From: Squalus acanthias
Lineage: Eukaryota
Length of the DNA stretch: 64,000 bases
Direction: 5' to 3'
NCBI GenBank assembly: GCA_030390025.1
Contig: CM059432.1
Span: forward strand, 13,454,001 to 13,518,000
The notes below the pieces were generated by a model. That model saw nothing but the letters and a program-made list of their open reading frames with translations. It was not told the DNA's origin and made no database searches. Numbering within the stretch: position 1 is the first letter of the stretch; each line of letters opens with the position of its first letter. The position numbers and the translations under genes are program-made. This document shows positions 51,201 through 57,846 of the stretch, in pieces.

Positions 51201-54200
51201 TTGCTCACGTTTTATTGCCGACATTCATTTTCTTCTTGCTTCCTCTCTCATCTCTCCCCTCCCCACTAGATTAGCATGCAGTGGATTAAGTGTTTTGCAT
51301 AACTAGTGTAGGTTTTGACTCTTTCCAATCTTTTTATTTTAGGCAACTGATTTTGCTGTTAGAACTGTACAACCCCAAAGATGTGTATGACTACCTACGA
51401 CCCATATCACTCAGTCTCTGTGCCGATAAGGTTTCTTCGGTCCGATGGATTGCCTACCGACTGGTAAGCTTAACAATTGCTGATGGGAATAACAGAGGGT
51501 CTCCTTGGCAATGCAGTGAGTAAATGCACTTTCCTCGTGTGCACACAGGCTGGGAAGGCACCAGGTTTTATTCCCGGTCTCTGCTGAGCGCAGTGATTCA
51601 TGTTGGCGAGGGTTCGTGTGCGAGCATGAAACGAAGACGGAATCGGACCCAGCAGTGGTGATTCCCCCATAGAATCAGAGAAATTTACGGCACAGAAGGA
51701 GGCCATTCGGCCCATCGTGTCTGCGCCAGCCGAAAGAGAGATCCACCCTAATCCCACTTTCCAGCTCTTGGTCCGTAGCCTTGTAGGTTACAGCACTTCA
51801 AGTGCATATCCAAGTACTTTTTAAATGTGAAGAGGGTTTCTGCCTTCACCACCCTTTCAGGCTGAGTTCCAGACCCCCACAACCCCCTGGGTGAAAAAAG
51901 TTGTCCTCAACTCCCCTCGAATCACAGAATCACAGAATCAGAATCACAGAATCACCACAGTGCAGATAGAGGCCATTTCGGCCCATCGAGCCTGCACCGA
52001 CACATCCCACCCTACCCCCGTAACCCCACGTATTTAATCCCCCCTAACACTAAGGGTCAATTTATCATGGCCAAATCAACCTAACCCGCACATCTTTGGA
52101 CTGTGGGAGGAAACCGGAGCACCCGGAGGAAACCCACACAGACACGGGGAGAGTGTGCAAACTCCACACAGACAGTCACCCGAGGCCGGATTCGAACCCG
52201 GGTCCCTGGCGCTGTGAGGCAACAGTGCCAACCACTATGCCACCGTGTTGCCTCCTTCTACCAATTACTTTAAATCTATGACCCCTGCTTATGACCTCTG
52301 CTAAGGGAAATAGGTCCTTCCTGTCCACTCTATTGAGGCCCCTCATAATTTTATACACCTCAATTAAGTCTCCCCTCAGCCTCCTCTGTTCCAAAGAAAA
52401 CAACCCCAGCCTCTCCAATCTTTCCTCATCGCTAAAATTCTCCAGCCCAGGCAACATCCTCGTAAATCTCCTCTCTACCCTCCCTAGTGCAATCGTATCT
52501 TTCCTGTAATGGAGCACTCGCTGTTTAGACTCTCACAGGAAGAGTGGCCACCTGAATGATGCTGTAGAGCAGCCAGTGGAACCACGTTCTAGTATGTGGA
52601 AAAAGAAAGGCCTTGCACTTGTATAGTGCCTGGTTGTGACCTCGGGATGACGTTTTCGTTATTATGTAGACAAACACTGCTACCATTTGCACACAGCTAG
52701 ATCCCACAAACAGTAACGGTGACTGCCCAGAAATGTTTTGGTTTTGGTAGTATCAGTTGAGGTAAAAACGTTAACCAGGACTCCAAAAGAATTTGCTGCT
52801 CCTTTTTTGAATAGTGCCATGGGATCTTTATGTCCATCAGAACAGCCAGTAACAGCCTCAGTTTAACATCTCATCCAAAAGATTGCATCTCTGATAATGC
52901 TGCACTCACTCAGTATTGCACTGAAGTGTCAGCCTAGTTTATGTGCTCAAGTGTTGGACCAGGGTTTGAACTCACAACCCTCTGACTCTGAGGTAAGTGC
53001 TGCCAACTGAGACTAACTCGAGGGGCAGAAATGAAGGGAGGGATAGAGCAATAAATAAGTAATTTGCCCTGCTGTGAAACCGTTACATTTGTTGCACAGT
53101 TGGAAGGTTTTAGAGTGTCGAGGCTGCCTGAATCTCAAATGTACCAATTGTACTTACTGCTAGTTTAAGCAGTGCATTACCCAGTGGCTAGACGCCTAAT
53201 AGACGCAAAATCTCTCGTACTGAGAAATGGAAACCGAATCTCTGCAGTAAATATGCATCACTCTCTGGGTGGGGGCCGCCTCCTCTCCCCACCGCCGCCA
53301 CCTCACCAATGCTCCCTAGTTTCCAGGGAACCTGCGCAGCCGGCTTTTCAATACAAAAACCACGCGTGCGGGGTATTTTGAATGGCCCATGTCGCCCCTT
53401 AAAGGGGCTGCGCGGCGCCAAACACAATTAGAGGGAACATTGCTCCTCACCCAGCCGCCTCGTCTAGTGTGTTTGCAACCCCATGGCTTTAGAAAACGTT
53501 TGAAAAATATTTGCTTCTTGCAAGAAAAGTGACACTAATAATTGAGTATACCTGTGTTCTTTGCAGGTGGGTGAGATGATTAGAAAATTCTATGCAGCTT
53601 CAACTCCCGCATTAGCAGTGGACTTTATTAACGAGCTTGTTGATAAGTTTTGCCATTGTGCAAAATGGTCAGGTCGTCAAACCTTTGTCTTTGTCTGTCA
53701 GGTAAGAGACTCCAGAAGCGACCTACATAGTACTGTTACTGTAAATTGAGCCCCACCCTAATTGCCTGCTATTTCTCTTATCTGTGTGTGTATGGCATTT
53801 GCAGTGCAGCCTACACAATTATTTGTAATTACTGTATAAATATACAGTTGAGATTTTGCCCTTGTATTCATAGCATTTTGCAGCACAGAAGGATGACATT
53901 TGGCCCATCATGCCTGTGCAGAATCTTTGAAAATGCTATCCAGTTAGTATTGGGAGCTTACACAAAGCTAGTTTCAAATGTGAGCAGAGTGTCACTATAA
54001 AGATTTTCTAAAATCCTCCTGTTACTGAAACCTGGGAGTACCATTTTCCAGGTACAAGGAGTGTTTTCTGTAACTTACAGGGCTACCCACACTGGTTGAG
54101 CATGTATGAGAGGGGTAAGTGCCCCCAAGTGCTGTTGTAAAATTATAATTTGGTGCTATTTCCTATAGAACTAGAAAGCTTCCAGCTGTTAATTGTCAGT

Positions 54201-57200
54201 TTTGCTTTGTGCACACAAACATTGCATATTAAAGGATCCATTTTTCTACATATAATTCTCTTTTTAAATACAGGCTGTGATTGAAGATGATTATATCCCT
54301 ATAGAGCAGTTTGCTGAGCACTTGATGCCGCACTTGCTACAGTTGGCATCTGATCCTGTTCCAAACGTCAGAGTGTTACTAGCAAAAACTTTAAGACAAA
54401 CCCTATTGGAAAAAGGTGAGGTCTTTTGGTGTCTGTTTCTATGCCAGTAGCATCAGTATTCTCACTAGTTGCATTTCTCTCTTTTTTCAAATGGAAAATT
54501 TTATTCGGAATTCTTGCTTTGGTATTAGAAACACTTGAGGTTTACCTGAACATTATCATCTTGATGGATTAATCGTGATGTGTCAGCCGTGGCTCAGTTG
54601 GTAGCACCCTTGCTTCGGCGTCAGAAGGTTGTGGGTTCAAATCCCACTCCAGAGACTTGAGCGCACAAATCTAGGCTGACACTCCAGTGGAGTGCTGCAC
54701 TGTCGGAGGTGCCGTCTTTCGGATGCGACCTTCAACAGAGGGTCCCGTCTGCGCTCTCAGGTGGACATAAAAGATCCTATGGCACTATTTCGAAGAAGAG
54801 CAGGGTAGTTAACCCCAGTGTCTGAGCCAATGTTTATCCCTCAATCCATATCAATAAAACAGATTATCGTATTGCTGTTTGTGGGAGCTTGCTGTCTGCA
54901 AATTGGCTGCCAAGTTTCCTACATTACAACAGTGACTACACTTCAAAAAGTACTTCATTGGCTGTAAAGCGTTTTGGGACGTCCGGTGGTCGTGAAAGGT
55001 GCGATATAAATGCAAGTCTTTTTTCTTAATTTGCTTTTGCATTTTGGTAACCACGAATGATCAGCCTCAAACGTTGTCTATTTTTGTCAAATTTTGTCCC
55101 CTCTTGCTACTCCTTCCAAAAAATAATTCTGATAAATAAATCCATCTCAATAGACACTGAGCTTGGATGGAATGACAGTGTTAATAAGAACATGGAGCAG
55201 GCCATTCGAGCCTACTCCGCCATTCAATGAGATCATGGCTGATCTTCTGCCTCAACTCCGTTCACCGGCCCTATCGCCATATCCCTTGATGCCCTTACTA
55301 GTCAGAAATCTATCGACTTCTGTTTTGAATATACCCAATGACAGCCTCCACAGCCCTCTGGGGTAGAGAATTCCAAAGATTCACCACCCTCTGAAGAAAT
55401 TTCTTCTCACCTCTGTCCTGAATGGCCTACCCTTTATCCTGAGGCTGTGGCCCCTGGTTCTAGACTCCCCAGCCAAGGGAAACATTCTCCCAGCATCCAT
55501 CCTATCAAGCCCTGTAATAATTTTATATGCTTCAATGAGATCCCCTCTCATTCTTCTGAATTCAAGAGAATACAGGCCTAGTTTACTCAATCTCTTCTCA
55601 TACGACAGTCCCGCCATCCCAGGAATCAATCTCGTGAACCTTCGTTGCACTCCTACTATGGCAAGTATATCCTTCCTTAGGTAAGGAGACCAAAATTGTA
55701 CACAGTACTCCAGGTGTGGTCTCACCAAGGCCCTATATAATTGGAGTAAGACTTCTTTACTCCTGTACTCAAAATCCTCTTGTAATGAAGGCCAGCATAC
55801 CATTTGCCTTCCTAATGGCTTGCTGCACCTGCAGATTCACTTTCAGTGACTCATGTACAAGGACACCCAGGTCCCTTTGAGCATCTGCATTCCCCAATCT
55901 TTCTGCCTTTTGTTTTTTCTACCAAAGTGGATAACTTCACATTTATCCACATTATATTCCATCTGCCAGGTTCTCGCCCACTCACTGAGCCTGTCGAGAT
56001 CCCCTTGAAGCCTCTTCACATCCTCATCGCAACTGACGCTGCCACCTAGCTTTGTCTCATCAGCAAATTTGGAAATGTTACATTTAGTCCCCCTCATCCA
56101 AATCATTGAAATAGATTGTGAATAGCTGGGGCCCAAGCACCGATCCTTGCGGTACCCCACTAGTCACAGCCTGCCATCCTGAAAAAGACCCTGTTGTGGA
56201 GTATTTTAAATCAACACTCGACACAAGGTTTTAGATCGTTATTCAAATGGTCTTTATTACACTGGTGGGGAGACGATCTCTACTGGCACACCAGGCGACT
56301 TCTCCGCTGTTACAAATTTTAAGCAATCTTTTATACACTTAATCATACAAACTCAACCTCGTGCACAATCCCGTTACACTCTTTTAATTGGCCTACGGCC
56401 CGCGTGCACAGTTGCTGATTGGCTAATTCCCTATCTCGCGTCACACAACCGTTCACCTATATTTATTGTCACATGATCTTTATGACATGACCTGTTATAA
56501 TTTTGTAACCTTTAGTAAAACCACATGTCTGCATTTCTGTCTCGCTGTGCCCTGTGGTTTTACTTATCTCTAGGTTTCATAGTTTGTGATTAATCATAGA
56601 TGGTGCTTCTGAGCTAATTTCATCTAATCTTGAAAAGCATCAAGACCTTGTGGTCAGTATGTCTGAGCTGTCTCCGCCGGTCTCTGTCTCAACCGTTTCT
56701 AGTGTGCAAGCTGCATTGTTAACCCCTTAATTCCTGAAGGAAGCCGATGTCCCACTTCAGACCCGTTTATCCCTACTCTTTGTTTTCTGTCTGTTAACCA
56801 ATTCTCAATCTATGCTAGTATATTACCCCCAATTCCATGTGCCATAATTTTGTTCACCAACCTCTTGTGTGGGACCTTATCGAAGGCCTTCTGAAAATCC
56901 AAATACACCACATCTACCGGTTCCCCTTTGTCTACTCCACCAGTTACATCCTCAAAGAACTCCAATAGGTTTGTCAAACAGGACTTCCCTTTCATAAATC
57001 CATGTTGACTCTGCCCAATCTAAGTGCCCAGTTATTGCCTCCTTTATAATAGATTCCAGCATTTTCCTAACTACTGATGTGAGGCTAACAGGACTGTAGT
57101 TCCCTGTTTTCTCTCTCCCTCCTTTCTTAAATAGCAGGGTTACATTTGCTATTCTCCAATCTGCAGGAATCGTTCCAGAATCTATAGAATTTTGGAAGAT

Positions 57201-57846
57201 GACAACCAATGTGTTCACTATCCCAATGGCCACCTCTTTCAAAACCCTAGGATGTAGGTCATCCGGTCCTTGGGATTTATTGACTTTTAGTCCCATTAAT
57301 TTTACTAGTACTGTTTTTTTACTAATCATAATCTCTAAGTTCCTCATTCTTGCCACACCCTTGGTTTTCTCGTATTTCTGGGTGGTTTTTTGTGTCTTCC
57401 TCCGTGAAGACAGAAACCAAGTATTTATTTACTTTCTCTGCCATTTCCTCATTTCCCCATTATAAATTCTCCTGTCTCTGACTGTAAAGGACCTACATTT
57501 ACCTTTGCCAGTCTTTTCCTTTTCACATACCTATAGAAGCTTTTACAATCTGTTTTTATATTTTTTGCTAGTTTGTGGTCATATTCCATTTTCCCTTTAT
57601 CAATTTCTTGGTCCCCCTTTGCTGATTTCTAAAAAGATCCCAATCCTCAGGCTGACTGCTTTTTCTCCTTATTTTCTTGCAGAATACTTTGTGAACTCGG
57701 GCAGCTCTCACCAGGAAGCCATAGAGCAAATCACTCTGGCACTGCAGGCTGATCAAGACCGGGATGTCCGATACTTTGCCAGCATATACCCCAGTAGCAC
57801 AAAGCTCGGTGACGATGCCATGAGCACTGCTTCTTCCACTTATTAA
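3104..57846 (+). CDS. PPP4R1: Serine/threonine-protein phosphatase 4 regulatory subunit 1, 5'-partial multi-exon gene: join(3104-3250,5922-6029,6121-6186,7674-7832,10472-10614,15431-16002,25402-25580,[27051-27155],30804-30890,37147-37332,38924-39085,40301-40401,51343-51463,53567-53701,54274-54415,57683-57846)
   Basis: Exons join with GT-AG boundaries and matching phases into one open frame (2577 nt with the optional exon, 858 aa plus stop). Peptides match recalled vertebrate PP4R1, e.g. [62 protein letters not shown] and C-terminal [10 protein letters not shown]. Confidence 0.97.
5922..6029 (+). CDS. PPP4R1: PPP4R1 coding exon ([36 protein letters not shown])
   Basis: Pyrimidine tract plus tgtag acceptor, gttagt donor, 108 nt, phase 0-0. 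Confidence 0.96.
6121..6186 (+). CDS. PPP4R1: PPP4R1 coding exon ([22 protein letters not shown])
   Basis: ttcttccag acceptor after a 91-nt intron, gtaggt donor, 66 nt. Confidence 0.94.
7674..7832 (+). CDS. PPP4R1: PPP4R1 coding exon ([23 protein letters not shown]...ISDPSRW)
   Basis: T-rich tract plus tgcag acceptor, gtgagt donor, 159 nt; lies within ORF 7623..7868. Confidence 0.97.
7905..7985. repeat. Near-perfect inverted repeat (37-bp arms, 7-nt loop)
   Basis: tattgctaccgtaattctctgtagtgaactgcacata / tatgtgcagttcactacagagaattatagtagcaata; 35 of 37 positions are Watson-Crick. Confidence 0.95.
8005..8795 (+). mobile_element. Composite insertion ending in a CR1 3' tail plus A-run, flanked by a 17-bp direct repeat
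   Basis: aaatctaatttatgtgg at 7988-8004 and 8796-8812; CR1-type tail gggccgaatggcctgtttctgtgctgtat at about 8750-8785. Confidence 0.7.
10472..10614 (+). CDS. PPP4R1: PPP4R1 coding exon ([17 protein letters not shown]...ENNN)
   Basis: ttgcag acceptor, gtatgc donor, 143 nt ending in phase 2, matching the next exon. Confidence 0.95.
10678..11005 (-). mobile_element. SINE sharing its 3' tail with the LINE at 21195-24205; second copy at 18296-18681
   Basis: gggatgtgggcattgctagcaaagc...agagggcagtt...ggagtcacac...ttccctaaaggacat..gtgaacca, also seen at 18296-18681. Confidence 0.75.
11705..11952. mobile_element. Tc1/mariner (Tigger-like) MITE
   Basis: TIR CAGGAAACTC...GAGTTTCCTG, same family as 48769-49088, with internal short tandem repeats. 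Confidence 0.85.
12272..12625 (+). mobile_element. HE1/V-SINE-like SINE, 5'-truncated, nested in a minus-strand SacSINE1-like copy (about 12200-12860)
   Basis: V-domain gtttgcacattctccccgtgtctgcgtgggtttcctccgggtgctccggtttcctcccacagtcc and CR1-type tail gggccgaatggcctactcctgctcct. Confidence 0.85.
13181..14300 (-). mobile_element. CR1 LINE, 5'-truncated
   Basis: ORF 13431..13808 encodes [18 protein letters not shown]...[10 protein letters not shown]...RTRGH, typical of the CR1 ORF2 C-terminus. Confidence 0.92.
15431..16002 (+). CDS. PPP4R1: PPP4R1 large exon: acidic/Ser-rich linker plus [12 protein letters not shown] motif, ending [11 protein letters not shown]
   Basis: catcttag acceptor (phase 2), g|gtacag donor (phase 1), 572 nt; ORF 15417..16055. 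Confidence 0.93.
17018..18236 (-). mobile_element. CR1 LINE, 5'-truncated
   Basis: ORFs 17124..17918 give RT C-terminal peptides ([30 protein letters not shown]). Confidence 0.92.
18296..18681 (-). mobile_element. SINE, same family as 10678-11005
   Basis: Collinear with the 10678-11005 copy; 3' tail matches the LINE tail at about 22990-23060. Confidence 0.8.
18777..18864 (+). mobile_element. Penelope-like element terminal fragment carrying a minimal hammerhead ribozyme motif
   Basis: 12-bp TSD cttttgaatagt (18765-18776 and 18865-18876); ctgacgaaggggcagcagctccgaaagcttgtg followed by aataaa. Confidence 0.8.
18779..18816 (+). ncRNA. Minimal type I hammerhead ribozyme motif
   Basis: Stem I TCAC/GTGA, core CTGACGA, stem II GGGGC-AGCA-GCTCC, GAAA, palindromic AAGCTT in place of stem III. 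Confidence 0.65.
18891..20119 (-). mobile_element. CR1 LINE, 5'-truncated with internal deletions
   Basis: [21 protein letters not shown] (ORF 19868..20065); same subfamily as 31303-33040 and about 43700-44140. Confidence 0.9.
21195..24205 (+). mobile_element. Decayed CR1-group LINE distinct from classic vertebrate CR1. Body 21195-22462, 3' tail resumes at 24069-24205 after nested insertions
   Basis: Peptides [23 protein letters not shown] and AGIPQRS. Sequence breaks at cctaacagc (22462) and continues collinearly at about 24075. Confidence 0.8.
22985..24068 (-). mobile_element. Younger copy of the same CR1-group LINE, nested antisense in the older copy; a further short copy at about 22470-22610
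   Basis: ORFs 23263..23998 give [29 protein letters not shown] and [15 protein letters not shown]. Confidence 0.88.
24320..24990 (-). mobile_element. L2-clade LINE 3' fragment, decayed
   Basis: [10 protein letters not shown]...[12 protein letters not shown] peptide; homologous to 436-1519. Confidence 0.8.
25402..25580 (+). CDS. PPP4R1: PPP4R1 coding exon ([15 protein letters not shown]...EISATLE)
   Basis: ccaacag acceptor in phase 1 completes DPDVK-A-QVDVL; gtaggc donor; 179 nt. Confidence 0.94.
25915..26130. mobile_element. Penelope-derived inverted-repeat remnant; related fragment at about 45175-45305 (-)
   Basis: Arms aacagaaaatgctgga... / ...tttccaacatttttctgtttttatt match the cagaaaatgctggaaatactcagcaggtcaggcagcatctg motif at 45220-45260. 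Confidence 0.6.
27051..27155 (+). CDS. PPP4R1: Candidate additional symmetric PPP4R1 exon ([35 protein letters not shown])
   Basis: tttccctgtacttgcag acceptor, acg|gtgagg donor, 105 nt, stop-free, phase 0-0 like both neighbours. No recalled human counterpart. Confidence 0.6.
27524..30243 (+). mobile_element. RTE-clade LINE, 5'-truncated, multiply frameshifted
   Basis: APE endonuclease ([20 protein letters not shown]), RT ([37 protein letters not shown] at about 29320), C-terminal [21 protein letters not shown] and a very short 3' UTR. Confidence 0.92.
30804..30890 (+). CDS. PPP4R1: PPP4R1 coding exon ([29 protein letters not shown])
   Basis: cttccctcaacag acceptor, cag|gtaatt donor, 87 nt. 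The KSKIQ end leads into DVVPQ as in recalled orthologues (RTKVQ-DVVPQ). Confidence 0.9.
31303..33040 (-). mobile_element. CR1 LINE, 5'-truncated, interrupted by a MITE
   Basis: ORF 31413..31883 is the CR1 ORF2 C-terminus; sequence resumes at 32897. Confidence 0.92.
32005..32896. mobile_element. PIF/Harbinger-like non-autonomous DNA transposon
   Basis: TIRs gggggaaaaatt / aatttctacccc (10 of 12 match), 3-bp TSD caa (32002-32004 and 32897-32899), GC-rich subterminal repeats. Removal restores the CR1. Confidence 0.75.
37147..37332 (+). CDS. PPP4R1: PPP4R1 coding exon ([19 protein letters not shown]...LASDMQ)
   Basis: tttcag acceptor, gtatgc donor, 186 nt. Confidence 0.97.
37624..37791. mobile_element. 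hAT-type MITE nested in a SINE
   Basis: TIR caatgttccc...gggaacattg and perfect 8-bp TSD cccagctg (37616-37623 and 37792-37799). Confidence 0.9.
38113..38515 (+). mobile_element. LF-SINE-like ancient SINE, degenerate
   Basis: tRNA-like head tggcgcagtgag, tgtacctg motif and tail caatctctagcattgatatctttcacg...aaattca resemble the recalled LF-SINE consensus. Confidence 0.45.
38924..39085 (+). CDS. PPP4R1: PPP4R1 coding exon ([19 protein letters not shown]...LYDFLK)
   Basis: tttttccag acceptor, gtaatt donor, 162 nt. Confidence 0.97.
39140..40010 (+). mobile_element. LF-SINE-like ancient SINE split by another SINE (about 39356-39770)
   Basis: Ordered motifs atggctg...tgaaattagtt...ccacagtacaaaac...caatctcagtcagaggcca, then tgaaactact...gttgtacctg, are collinear with the recalled LF-SINE. 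Confidence 0.55.
40301..40401 (+). CDS. PPP4R1: PPP4R1 coding exon ([33 protein letters not shown])
   Basis: ccccacag acceptor, ga|gtatgt donor (phase 2), 101 nt. Confidence 0.96.
40710..41122 (-). mobile_element. CR1 LINE 3' fragment
   Basis: [11 protein letters not shown]...[10 protein letters not shown] peptide (ORF 40665..40850). Confidence 0.85.
41640..44695. mobile_element. Cluster of decayed CR1 fragments on both strands, with younger minus-strand CR1 pieces at about 43700-44500
   Basis: Degenerate CR1 ORF2 nucleotide motifs and [14 protein letters not shown] (ORF 44225..44446). Internal boundaries uncertain. Confidence 0.7.
47307..48115 (+). mobile_element. Young CR1 3' fragment nested in the older CR1
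   Basis: ORFs 47469..48027 and ttcttatg tail repeats; nearly identical to the reverse complement of 55184-55950. Confidence 0.92.
48769..49088. mobile_element. Tc1/mariner (Tigger-like) MITE
   Basis: TA|CAGGAAACTCTT...AAGAGTTTCCTG|TA: 12-bp TIR and TA TSD, inserted into the CR1 endonuclease region. Confidence 0.92.
49880..50240 (+). mobile_element. SacSINE1/DeuSINE-like copy, partial
   Basis: gagacgttaaacaaaggccccgtctgactgttcaggtggatgtaaaga, collinear with 54581-55025. Confidence 0.75.
51343..51463 (+). CDS. PPP4R1: PPP4R1 coding exon ([20 protein letters not shown]...WIAYRL)
   Basis: ttttag acceptor (phase 2, GA+G = Glu), gtaagc donor, 121 nt. Confidence 0.96.
51668..52511 (-). mobile_element. 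CR1 3' fragment with nested HE1-like SINE
   Basis: ORF 52176..52517 is the CR1 C-terminus; same subfamily as 17018-18236 and the + tail at about 50280-50460. Confidence 0.9.
51919..52252 (-). mobile_element. HE1/V-SINE-like SINE, near full length
   Basis: On the minus strand: tRNA-like head (ggttcgaatcc B-box), V-domain and (ttctgtga)n-type tail. Confidence 0.88.
52600..53015 (-). mobile_element. SacSINE1/DeuSINE-like copy
   Basis: Reverse complement is collinear with 54581-55025 (gaatagtgccatgggatcttt; tgtcagcctag; tttgaactcacaacc). Confidence 0.8.
53307..53442. mobile_element. hAT-type MITE related to 37624-37791
   Basis: caatgctccct...agagggaacattg termini; 8-bp flanks cacctcac / ctcctcac (7 of 8 match). 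Confidence 0.75.
53567..53701 (+). CDS. PPP4R1: PPP4R1 coding exon ([14 protein letters not shown]...[12 protein letters not shown])
   Basis: tttgcag acceptor, gtaaga donor, 135 nt. Confidence 0.96.
54274..54415 (+). CDS. PPP4R1: PPP4R1 coding exon ([47 protein letters not shown])
   Basis: atacag acceptor, g|gtgagg donor (phase 1), 142 nt; HEAT-type D-P-V-P-N-V-R motif. Confidence 0.96.
54581..55025 (+). mobile_element. SacSINE1-like DeuSINE, full length
   Basis: Pol III A box tggctcagttgg, B box ggttcaaatcc, Deu-domain gtgctgcactgtcggaggtgccgtctttcggatg...ggcactatttcgaagaagagcaggg, and L2-like tail ataaatgcaagtc. Confidence 0.88.
55184..57666 (-). mobile_element. Young CR1 LINE, 5'-truncated, filling most of the last PPP4R1 intron; contains a solo LTR
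   Basis: ORF2 peptides: [61 protein letters not shown]. Confidence 0.95.
56192..56759 (-). mobile_element. Solo LTR (568 bp) of an LTR retrotransposon or endogenous retrovirus
   Basis: TG...CA termini; 5-bp TSD gaccc (56187-56191 and 56760-56764). On the minus strand, two CCAAT boxes, TATAAAA and AATAAA occur in U3-R order. Confidence 0.88.
57683..57846 (+). CDS. PPP4R1: PPP4R1 terminal coding exon ([15 protein letters not shown]...[10 protein letters not shown])
   Basis: ttttcttgcag acceptor in phase 1, TAA at 57844-57846. Confidence 0.96.

Noticed and set aside
54581..54660. tRNA-like sequence with A and B boxes (similar one at about 52170-52250 on the minus strand)
   Set aside because: Continues directly into SINE body and tail; it is a SINE head, not a tRNA gene.
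57505..57682. N-terminal extension of ORF 57505..57846
   Set aside because: Antisense CR1 sequence that happens to be open in frame with the last exon; no evidence of translation.
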